Origin: a virus
IMG/VR virus record: IMGVR_UViG_3300019854_000029
Coordinates: 1 to 64,000 of that record
Length of the DNA stretch: 64,000 nucleotides
Strand: one strand, 5' to 3'
Positions 54,878 through 62,937 of the stretch are shown in pieces. A program made the translations under genes and the position numbers. Within the stretch, counting starts at the first letter, position 1, and each line of letters starts with the position of its first letter. The notes beneath the pieces are model-generated. The model worked only from the letters and a program-made list of their open reading frames with translations. It did not search any database and was not told where the DNA came from.

Positions 54878-55537
54878 ATGTTCACCGCAGTAAAGCATTC
54901 GACCAACAAGCCCTATGGGCCTGTTGTAGGTTTCGTATGCGCACTTACTGTGGCGTTCGGTTTGCTTTTAGGTTCAGGGAGCCAGTCGGTAGCCGCCCAA
55001 GCGACCCCCAATGGGGATGAAAACGCATCCCTTAAAGGAACTGTCTCAGGTCTTTATAGTCTCGACGAAGCTGGACATGCGGTTGCCGGTGTTCCGATTC
55101 ATGTTGAACTCACGGGAAACGCTGTATTCACTGAGACTGCAACTAATGTTTGGGAAGGGGAGACGACGCTTGAGCCGCTTTCTCTTCAATGGGAAAGTGA
55201 CGGAACACAGCCTGTCTCCTATAAGGTCTATTTCGATTCGGCTAAGGAGATTCGCAGCCCGCTTTCCCGTTCAGAAGGGGTAGTTGCTCGTGAGGCTCAG
55301 AAAGTCTCGCAGTCGGTTCCTGTAGCTACAGCAGCGCAGTCTTACCCCGAGCATGATTATGCGACAGTGAAAACTGTTTCTCACACGCTCTTGATTATGC
55401 CGACGATTATGCTGCTGTTAGTTATTTCCATCTTGGGAGTAGCCCTAAGCTATTCCCGCACCAAGCCCCCGGTAGGGCAAAACGGTTTACATGCCTTACC
55501 GGTTTGTTTGCAAACAAGTACAACACGAAAGGAATGA
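54878..55537 (+). CDS. secreted protein with C-terminal TM, sharing a domain with the downstream adhesin
   Basis: Signal peptide. VPIHVELTGNAVFTETATNVWEGETTLEPLSLQW aligns with IPLRVELTGPAVFDETGSKTWTGVSTTAPETLHW of 55491-57854. Confidence 0.75.
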   Translation: MFTAVKHSTNKPYGPVVGFVCALTVAFGLLLGSGSQSVAAQATPNGDENASLKGTVSGLYSLDEAGHAVAGVPIHVELTGNAVFTETATNVWEGETTLEPLSLQWESDGTQPVSYKVYFDSAKEIRSPLSRSEGVVAREAQKVSQSVPVATAAQSYPEHDYATVKTVSHTLLIMPTIMLLLVISILGVALSYSRTKPPVGQNGLHALPVCLQTSTTRKE

Positions 55538-57854
55538 TGTTTTGACTACATCACCTACCCATGCGCGGCCCGCTCAGTCGAGCCGCTTCCGCCGAGCACT
55601 TTGGTCCCTTGGTGCTTGCGCGATTGTTGCTGGCAGTGCTTTCGGTGCTGCAAGCTCCATTCCATCAGTACAGCAGGCCGCGAACGCTGCCCCCGTCGGC
55701 GGTGGCCTGTACATCAACATCGGTGACGGCCACCAGTCGTGGATGGGTGGCTATCAGGCCCCCTCGAACGCCGATCAGGAATACCCCGTTTACTGTGTGC
55801 AGATGTGGCTCCCGAACCCCACGCCCGCTGACGTGGTAACGAAGGACACCCTGCATGAGTCTCGTATGCTCGGCCCCGAAGAGCTGCACTTGAACACTCA
55901 GCAGATGGCTTTCGTGTTCAGTCAGCACGCGAAGGACCAAGAGTCCGTGAATCAGGCCGCTGTTTCGCTTCTTGTTCACACGAACTTTGAGCAGAATCAG
56001 GCCGGACGCGACATTCAGGAGTCCGTGAACCACTACGTGAATCAGGTGAAGGCTCAGCGTATGGACGTGTACAACCGTGCAGTCCAGTACGCTGCTGAGG
56101 CTCGCTCTATCGCAACCAGCGGGTACACCGAAGGTGACGTTACTGGCGATAATGATCGTCATGGTCTCATTAAGGACATCAAGGGATACAACGAGCGCGG
56201 CGAGGCCGTTGCGAACATCCCACTCCGCGTCGAACTGACTGGTCCCGCAGTCTTTGACGAAACCGGTTCTAAGACTTGGACCGGCGTGAGCACCACTGCT
56301 CCCGAGACTCTTCACTGGACCGCAACCGGCAACGGTGAAGTTCAGGCCAAGATTTACTACACCTCCGGCATTCGTCGCACGTTCACGAAGTACGTTGTCG
56401 GCTGGGGCGTGCAGGAAACACTGTCCTACGGTGACCGTAACGCTGCTGCCGACCCCGAAGAGGTTGAGAAGCCTACTCGCAAGTGGAACGTCATCTTTGA
56501 CTTCCAGCCCGAAGGCACCTCGAACGTCGGTGAATCAAAGTACACCGACGGCAAGAACATTTCCGACACCCTGACCGCTTCCGCTAAGAAGGATTACGGT
56601 GACGGTAAGTGGCTCAAGATCGACGGCAAGAACGTCCCCGTCAAGTACGAAGGCACTGCCTACTACACTGGCGAGAACGCTCCCACCGCCGCTAACGAGG
56701 TTCCCGCCGACGCTAAGGCCATTGGTACCGCAACCCTGACGTTCGACGGTGAAGGCACCCAGACCGCCACCGTCACCCCCACCGAAGAACTCAAGCCCGG
56801 TTTCGTCACTTGGGTTTGGAAGGTCACCAAGAACAATCAGGGCGACTACTCGAAGTACATCCACGAGGACTGGACTGACGGTTACGCTGCCGCCAACGAG
56901 ACGAACAGCTTCCGCCACAAGGCCAAGATCAACACTGCTGCGTCTATCCGCACCACTCAGGGCGGCACCTACATGGTGGACGACATGTGGGTTGACGGCC
57001 TGCCCACCAACCACGGTGAGTTCACCGGCAACGCCGAGTTCGATAAGGACGGCGCAACCCTGAAGCAGGACCTCTTGTTCTTCCCCAAGGGCACTGAGGT
57101 TAAGGAAGCCAACAAGGACAAGGCCGAGGTCATTTCCTCGACCACCATCCCCGCCAAGAACGGTTTCTACCCGTCGATTGGCACCAACGGCTTCAAGCTG
57201 AAGGAAGGCGCTTCCGGCACTTACGTGTTCGTCACCTCGTTCGAGGGCGACAGCCGCGTTGAGGCTTACACCTCTAGCGTTGAGGACGTGACCGAACAGT
57301 ACACGGTCGATACCCCCGAAGAGACCCCGACCATCGGAACCACCGCCACCGACACCAAGGATGGCGACAAGGAAATCAACCCCACCGGCCCCGTGTCGAT
57401 CACTGACCGCGTGTGCTACGAGAACCTGAAGCCCGGTAAGGAATACACCCTGACCGGCACTCTGATGGACAAGACCACTGGTGAGGCTTTCCGTAACGAG
57501 AAGGGTGAGGACATTTCGTCCTCGACCACTTTCACCGCTAAGGAAGCTAAGGGCTGTGAGAACGTTGTTTTCGAGACCACTGGTGAGACCCTGAAGGGCC
57601 ACGACACTGTTGTTTTCGAGAACATGTTCTCTGACAACAAGCGCATCGCTGTCCACGCTGACATCAACGACGAGGGCCAGACCGTTCACCCGAAGGTCAC
57701 CCCCTCGACCACTGCTCCTGCTGCTCCTGCCCCCAAGGGCGGTAAGCTCGCACACACTGGTGCTATCACTGGTGGCGTGCTCGCTGTTGCGGGTGCCTCC
57801 GCTATTGGTGGTGGCGTTCTGCTCATGAAGCGTCGCCGCAACGAGGAGGACTGA
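55491..57854 (+). CDS. LAHTG-anchored adhesin with candidate thioester (TQXA-type) domain and VaFE-like repeats
   Basis: YPVYCVQMW fits the [YF]C[VIL][EQDN] thioester Cys motif, and VNQAAV is a candidate Gln partner. ENVVFETTGETLKGHDTVVFENMF gives two VaFE-like motifs. The C-terminus is KLAHTG + hydrophobic + KRRRNEED. The start may instead be TTG 55542, just after the upstream stop. Confidence 0.8.
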   Translation: MPYRFVCKQVQHERNDVLTTSPTHARPAQSSRFRRALWSLGACAIVAGSAFGAASSIPSVQQAANAAPVGGGLYINIGDGHQSWMGGYQAPSNADQEYPVYCVQMWLPNPTPADVVTKDTLHESRMLGPEELHLNTQQMAFVFSQHAKDQESVNQAAVSLLVHTNFEQNQAGRDIQESVNHYVNQVKAQRMDVYNRAVQYAAEARSIATSGYTEGDVTGDNDRHGLIKDIKGYNERGEAVANIPLRVELTGPAVFDETGSKTWTGVSTTAPETLHWTATGNGEVQAKIYYTSGIRRTFTKYVVGWGVQETLSYGDRNAAADPEEVEKPTRKWNVIFDFQPEGTSNVGESKYTDGKNISDTLTASAKKDYGDGKWLKIDGKNVPVKYEGTAYYTGENAPTAANEVPADAKAIGTATLTFDGEGTQTATVTPTEELKPGFVTWVWKVTKNNQGDYSKYIHEDWTDGYAAANETNSFRHKAKINTAASIRTTQGGTYMVDDMWVDGLPTNHGEFTGNAEFDKDGATLKQDLLFFPKGTEVKEANKDKAEVISSTTIPAKNGFYPSIGTNGFKLKEGASGTYVFVTSFEGDSRVEAYTSSVEDVTEQYTVDTPEETPTIGTTATDTKDGDKEINPTGPVSITDRVCYENLKPGKEYTLTGTLMDKTTGEAFRNEKGEDISSSTTFTAKEAKGCENVVFETTGETLKGHDTVVFENMFSDNKRIAVHADINDEGQTVHPKVTPSTTAPAAPAPKGGKLAHTGAITGGVLAVAGASAIGGGVLLMKRRRNEED

Positions 57855-57889
57855 GCTGAGGTAATCTCAGTTCTGAGAATCAGTTAAAG

Positions 57890-57927
57890 GGAACGCCCCG
57901 CTTACGTCTTTGTGAGCGGGGCGTTCC
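57890..57927 (+). terminator. terminator after the adhesin gene
   Basis: 13-bp perfect stem GGAACGCCCCGCT / AGCGGGGCGTTCC. Confidence 0.7.
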
Positions 57928-58028
57928 TGTATCTTCATTAAACCACTGGTTGTTGCGCGCGCACCCATAGAGGGAACGGCCCCCGCGAGTGGCCTACTGC
58001 GCGGGCAAACCCTACGTGACACGCTCGG

Positions 58029-58052
58029 GCCATACTGCTACTATTTAGGTAC
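58029..58052 (+). promoter_or_regulatory. Recurring upstream element, copy 3
   Basis: GCCATACTGCTACTATTTAGGTAC, 104 nt upstream of ATG 58156. Confidence 0.5.
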
Positions 58053-58155
58053 AACACAAACCCGTAGGGCGCACCAACATCAACACAAACCCTTAAAACG
58101 CGCCACCAACACGCATTCCTTAAACACATCACACCCAACAGGACAGGACACGGCA

Positions 58156-59013
58156 ATGAACGTTTCGTTCCAGTTAGTACACTTCTCAGGCCACCGCGTA
58201 GACGCGGAAGCCGCAATCACCGCTAACGCGCTCAATGCAAGAGTCGATAAAGAGATCGTCCTACAAGGCACCATTGACTCGATAGCCTGCCGTAGTGACG
58301 GGGAGTTCGTAGACTCTCCCGTGCCGTTCACCGTGCAATACGTTGAGATCGCCGCCGTCATCCCCGCATACATCATCCGCGTCTATGACAACGAACACCG
58401 CATTCTCCTCAAAGACCTGCAAGACGGGCGGCTCACAACAGGCTCAGAAGAACACCTAGTGCGCCTGCTCGTAGAACGCGCGGGAGAAACGTATCTACAG
58501 TGGGCCGACGACCCGCGTAAGCATCACTACTACAGGGGACTGCCCTACAAGGACACTTACCGGGTACTTGATGGTAAGCTCGCGCAGGCGTGCCTCGTGC
58601 GCTACGGGAAGTCATTGCACCGCACTCTACGAGCCAACACGGGACTACACCATCAGGTCGTCACATGCCTGCTCACTATCCATAACCTCATGAGCGGCAC
58701 GAAGAGTGACCTAGAGAAAGAACGCTACTGCCTGAGCCTCGTGCGCATCTACCAAGGCAAAGCACAAGTCATCCCCTACGGGAGCCGCGCCTACAACAAC
58801 CCGCCAGCCGGTTCCATCGACATCGACTACGCGCTCATTCACACGCTGCCAATCCTGAAATACTCCGCGCCAGTTGACCCACACGAACGCGGAACAGTCT
58901 CGATCATCCACAAGTACAAAGCACTCGGATACTCCAAGACCGATATCGCTTTCATCCTCGGCCTAGACGAAACCAGCGTCGAAAACGCGCTCAAAGAACA
59001 ACCACGCTACTGA
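58156..59013 (+). CDS. HTH superfamily, short form C1
   Basis: 285 aa with C-terminal HKYKALGYSKTDIAFILGLDETSVENAL (HTH). The N-terminal region is unrelated to C2/C3. Confidence 0.8.
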   Translation: MNVSFQLVHFSGHRVDAEAAITANALNARVDKEIVLQGTIDSIACRSDGEFVDSPVPFTVQYVEIAAVIPAYIIRVYDNEHRILLKDLQDGRLTTGSEEHLVRLLVERAGETYLQWADDPRKHHYYRGLPYKDTYRVLDGKLAQACLVRYGKSLHRTLRANTGLHHQVVTCLLTIHNLMSGTKSDLEKERYCLSLVRIYQGKAQVIPYGSRAYNNPPAGSIDIDYALIHTLPILKYSAPVDPHERGTVSIIHKYKALGYSKTDIAFILGLDETSVENALKEQPRY

Positions 59014-59043
59014 CCAAACCCAACCACAACAACAGGAAAAACA

Positions 59044-59907
59044 ATGCAAACACAAACCACAAGCACGCCGTATGACCTCTATATGACGCTCTCCGAAATA
59101 GAGCTTTATTCAATAAGGGGGCAAATCCATTCATTCGTCAATCTCCGCACTGGCGTAAGGTCTCGACCTAAGCGCAACCTATACTTCACAGCTCGACGGG
59201 AAGATCGTTATGGGTTTACAACATGGGTTGTATCCTTGCGCACAGAAACCCCTCACTCAAAGACATTCTGGCGCATGAGCTTCAGTCCTCACCCCGGACA
59301 CATGTATGAGCCGAGTAGCTACGAATCCCTCCAAGAGGCAAAAACGGCAGTTACCAAAGCATTTTCAGCGTTCATGGACATGGGTGACCATACTGCCACC
59401 GGACACGCAAAGTGGGGCCTGTGCTACACCAACGTCCGAGTGCTCCTTAAAGCCAAGATTTTGCAGATGATTGCCCCTCAAGATGAGGTCGCAGCAAACA
59501 TCAACAGCTCGATAGTTCAGCGCCTTAGAGAAGATGCTCTCTCTGAAATTGTTGAAAAGCTCGAACAAGTAGCGCGCTACACCAGAGAACCATCAGGGCT
59601 TCCCACCCGGAAGGCTATGTACCGTGCGCTGGGAGTACGCATTACAGCCGACGGCAAAATCTCCGTCATCGGGGCCAGCCAACAGCAAACAAGAAATAAG
59701 AAACTTGGAATCGACTTCCGTTACGGCGAAGTCATGGACACGCCTATATATGCACTAGGCTGCTCTGACACCGACACAAGCATTTGGGCGTACACAAAAG
59801 AAGGGTATGCCGCGTCAGATATCTCCGCCGTACTCGGCCTCCCTACCGTGGCGGAAGTGAAGCGCATACAAAAACTTCCCGGCCTCACATGGAAGATGGG
59901 GGAGTGA
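59044..59907 (+). CDS. HTH superfamily, short form C2
   Basis: RYGFTTWVVSL corresponds to RFGFDTWVYRL of family A. The C-terminal AYTKEGYAASDISAVLGLPTVAEVKRI is the family HTH. Confidence 0.85.
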   Translation: MQTQTTSTPYDLYMTLSEIELYSIRGQIHSFVNLRTGVRSRPKRNLYFTARREDRYGFTTWVVSLRTETPHSKTFWRMSFSPHPGHMYEPSSYESLQEAKTAVTKAFSAFMDMGDHTATGHAKWGLCYTNVRVLLKAKILQMIAPQDEVAANINSSIVQRLREDALSEIVEKLEQVARYTREPSGLPTRKAMYRALGVRITADGKISVIGASQQQTRNKKLGIDFRYGEVMDTPIYALGCSDTDTSIWAYTKEGYAASDISAVLGLPTVAEVKRIQKLPGLTWKMGE

Positions 59908-59911
59908 AACC

Positions 59912-60727
59912 GTGATTCGCATTGAAGATACTCAACGCTACACGTGCCAGCTCGGCCCTATCGCGCAACGCTGCGGGCTTTACGAAGCGCCTATTGAAAG
60001 TTTCTGCGATACAGAAACCGGACTCAACGTCCGCCCCAATCAGAACAACACGCTATCGCTTGTCGCTAAGAGAAACGACCGATTCGGGTTCACAACATGG
60101 GTAATCACTATTAAGCGGAACAGAAAAATAGCGTTCCGAATGGGAGTCACCCCTCAGTTCCTAAGTGCGGTCAGCGACAAGAGACCCACCCTCGCAGAAA
60201 ACGCCGATACCCTGCACCAGTGCGTGAACTTTGTGTTCAACACATACGTTCACGTAGCAAGTCGTGGAGAACTGAAAGCGATTCTTCTTTACGAAAACCC
60301 GCAGCTCCTATGGGAAGAAAAAGTACGCGCATATAGCACTCCCCGATATGCGCACCTCTTAGACGCTCCCCTCGGTGATTCCACCCCGCTAGAACAAATC
60401 GCCACGATCATGCGCGAAACGGCTGATGCGCTCTCAAACACCCCGAGAAGCAGGAACACAAAGAAGCGCGCCACGCTACTAAGCGCCGGATGTGCTTTAG
60501 GGATAGACGGTTCACTGCTCCGTATTTTCAATCCCCTCACCCCCACAAGTAACGCACACCTTGGCATCTACCAATACGGGCATGTTGTACGTGCTCCCAT
60601 CCTTGCTGTGGGGTGCCCGAACGCTAAAGCAAGTGTCTTTGCGTTCGCAAAAGAAGGCTACGGAAGAAGAATGATCTCTACACTAACCGGTATTCCTCTT
60701 AGCACTATCAGCGATTTCCTGCGTTAG
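59912..60727 (+). CDS. HTH superfamily, short form C3
   Basis: GTG start. Motifs: RFGFTTWVITI and FAKEGYGRRMISTLTGIPLSTISDFL. Confidence 0.8.
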   Translation: MIRIEDTQRYTCQLGPIAQRCGLYEAPIESFCDTETGLNVRPNQNNTLSLVAKRNDRFGFTTWVITIKRNRKIAFRMGVTPQFLSAVSDKRPTLAENADTLHQCVNFVFNTYVHVASRGELKAILLYENPQLLWEEKVRAYSTPRYAHLLDAPLGDSTPLEQIATIMRETADALSNTPRSRNTKKRATLLSAGCALGIDGSLLRIFNPLTPTSNAHLGIYQYGHVVRAPILAVGCPNAKASVFAFAKEGYGRRMISTLTGIPLSTISDFLR

Positions 60728-60739
60728 GCTAAGCGAAAT

Positions 60740-60775
60740 GGCCCTACTGCTTTTCGTTGCAGTGGGGCCGTTTTG
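60740..60775 (+). terminator. terminator after C3
   Basis: GGCCCTACTGC (60740-60750) / GCAGTGGGGCC (60759-60769), 11 bp with one U.G, followed by GTTTTGGTTT. Confidence 0.65.
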
Positions 60776-60798
60776 GTTTATTTCGGCCTAGTTTTTCG

Positions 60799-61227
60799 GC
60801 GTTTTCAACGCCTTGGTCATGAACATTTTTCTTGGTCATATAGTTGTGTTTCTTGGTTATGGAAATCGCGTTCCTTGGTTATGGGAATTATTTCCTTGGT
60901 TATATAGTTTCCATTTTTCACGCGGTCGTGTTTTTGGGGCGTGTTTTACGGCTTGGTCATGAAGTTTCACTTCTTGGTCATGAAGATTCATTCCTTGGTC
61001 ATATAGTTTCCGGTTTGTAGCACGATGCTTCGGTTGGTCACGTTTTGAGCGTCTAGTCCACGTTTTGAGACGCTATAGCACGCTCGGCGGCTTGGTCACG
61101 GTCTCCCTTTTACAGCACGCTACCCCTAGAGACCTGTTTCGTTGGGAACACTAGCATCCCGGCGTGTTGATGACGTTTTTTGATGACTGATGTAAACTGA
61201 TGTAAGAAAACTGATGAAAAACACCAT
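60799..61227. repeat. IR-R: right copy of the iteron-bearing inverted repeat
   Basis: Reverse complement of 1-429. It carries the same phased CTTGGT[CT]AT[GA] copies, AAAACGTG copies and CTGATG copies. Whether the homology continues beyond 61227 cannot be tested, because the left copy runs off the window. Confidence 0.9.
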
Positions 61228-61364
61228 CAGAAAACCCCCGCAACGACTTCCCAAACACCGGAGGTCTCCGAAAACACGGGGGTAAGACCAAACACCCGCC
61301 CCCGGTTGATGTGTTTTGACGACGAAAACCATCAACAAAATAGGCTACGAAAGACGCAAAACCC

Positions 61365-61763
61365 ATGAGTGAAGAGCTAGAAGAAACACCTGAGTACGGT
61401 TACATCGTCGGTTCGGGGGACGCGCGGCAAGAGCTGCGCTGGCGGTTCATCGTCGCTTTGGGCGCGTCCATGTCTAAAAACCCGCGTCGAGAACTAGCTG
61501 CCTACTGTCGCACGGTCGTTAAGAACGGGGAAGAGGCATTGACTGGTTCGAGCACGTTGCGTCTCCACCTGCTTGCTAGTGGCGTGGATGTTCTGCGTGA
61601 GTGTTTAGCCGATGAGGTCGATAGCGTGGAGACGTTAACTGGGGTCCTCATGGAAGCGATGCCCGGTGGGCCGGAGTGTTGGAAGGCGTGGGATAAGACT
61701 GCGACAGGTGTTGACGGGGCGCGTAGCGTGGTCCCGTTGCTTTTGCGTGCGTTGCTTTTGTGA
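61365..61763 (+). CDS. hypothetical protein
   Basis: 132-aa ORF immediately outside IR-R; no motif recognised. Confidence 0.6.
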   Translation: MSEELEETPEYGYIVGSGDARQELRWRFIVALGASMSKNPRRELAAYCRTVVKNGEEALTGSSTLRLHLLASGVDVLRECLADEVDSVETLTGVLMEAMPGGPECWKAWDKTATGVDGARSVVPLLLRALLL

Positions 61764-61850
61764 CCGGCCTCGTTCGGCTGGCGCGTGGTGAGCGTTTAAC
61801 TTAACTGTCGTGCGCGCGCGTAGTAAATGTTTCTTATCCAGTGAGGCTAA

Positions 61851-62693
61851 GTGTCGTTAGATCATGGAAGGACTTTTACTGTGTCGAGCGCGAATGTCAT
61901 GCCGCCGTATATGCAGATGCAAGAGTGGGACCTTGATGAGCAAGACAAGGTTATTAAGCGCGCGTTTCGCGTGTGGAAGGAAACTCGTCCCTCAAGGTAC
62001 TTGCAGAGCTTGTCGATGATTGTCCCGCAAGTGACACCGGAGGTGTTGCCTCCTGATATGCGTCACCCGCGTGTGGAGATTAAAGAGACGTGGGATGAGT
62101 CCATTCACCCGGACTATAAGAAACTACTCGGTGCTCCTGCCGTGCTGTATGACGGGCCACTGCTGCGCCCTAAGTTCAATGAGTATCGGAAGTACTTGGG
62201 GGATGAGGAAGTCCGTTGCCCGTCTGGTAGCGTCGCTGTACTGTCTGTTGATATTGGGCTTTCGCCCGAACAGTTTAAGAACCCGCCCGAGGGATACATG
62301 TATGTTCGCGCGGTCGGCCCGAACGCTGAGTATCCCGGTGGCGGCTGGGTGTACTGTATTCCGAAAGTTTTCGTGAAAGAACAACCCCAGTACGCACTGT
62401 TCTTGTCTCGCCACACTCTGTCGGACACTGTTGACTCCTACAAGGTGTATATCGACGGGTATAGCGAGATGGTGTACTTGTCTATTGTCCGACAGTCCCC
62501 ATACACAACTCGTTATGCGACTAAAGCTCCTATCGCTATTGCTGGGAGCTACGATCCGAACGTTGTTCTCGCTTACGCTGAGGAAGTTCTACGCGGTTGG
62601 GAAGCGCATGGGATTATCCCCCCGCGAGCGCGATACACGCTTTCCACGCAAGAGTGCTTGTCGGTGTCTCACGCGAAACAGTTGGACGCTTGA
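61851..62693 (+). CDS. hypothetical protein
   Basis: 280-aa ORF with a GTG start (GAGG 4 nt upstream). ATG 61899 is an alternative start. Confidence 0.65.
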   Translation: MSLDHGRTFTVSSANVMPPYMQMQEWDLDEQDKVIKRAFRVWKETRPSRYLQSLSMIVPQVTPEVLPPDMRHPRVEIKETWDESIHPDYKKLLGAPAVLYDGPLLRPKFNEYRKYLGDEEVRCPSGSVAVLSVDIGLSPEQFKNPPEGYMYVRAVGPNAEYPGGGWVYCIPKVFVKEQPQYALFLSRHTLSDTVDSYKVYIDGYSEMVYLSIVRQSPYTTRYATKAPIAIAGSYDPNVVLAYAEEVLRGWEAHGIIPPRARYTLSTQECLSVSHAKQLDA

Positions 62694-62720
62694 TGCAAGA
62701 CGGCTTCTAGTTTCCTGAGA

Positions 62721-62760
62721 AAACCCGCTAGTGGTGGCATACGCGGCTGGCGGGTTTTTA
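62721..62760 (+). terminator. terminator
   Basis: AAACCCGC (62721-62728) / GCGGGTTT (62750-62757), followed by TT. Confidence 0.55.
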
Positions 62761-62937
62761 TACTAATTAACAGGCACATGGGTAATGCCCTCCTTTCTGG
62801 TTGTTGTGCTTTTGGTTTGGAGCATGTGGCGCTGTCCTCTCAAGGGATAGCGCCACAGCTGTTTATGCGGCAGTGTGGTCGCGAGGTGGCGTTCTAAGCG
62901 TGAGTGTTGTTCCAAGCCGAGGAAGGAAAAGAGAAAA

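Noticed and set aside
56535-57755. 406-aa minus-strand ORF
   Set aside because: It is antisense to the LAHTG adhesin. Its product is low-complexity (Gly/Val/Leu-rich) with no start context.
1-61227. Inverted repeats as ends of a composite transposon or IS
   Set aside because: I recognised no transposase, integrase or recombinase anywhere in the window. The repeats are iteron arrays rather than short terminal IRs. I noticed no flanking target-site duplication at the inner ends; the outer ends cannot be compared because the left copy is cut by the window edge.
61126-61366. Track ORFs in IR-R (70 and 71 aa) and the mirrored ATG at window position 1
   Set aside because: They are composed of the iteron/CATCAG repeat DNA. 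The left-copy counterpart stops after 35 codons, so the reading frame is not conserved between copies.
61830-61840. TTATCCAGT as a DnaA box
   Set aside because: It is a single imperfect match with no cluster and no AT-rich unwinding region nearby.
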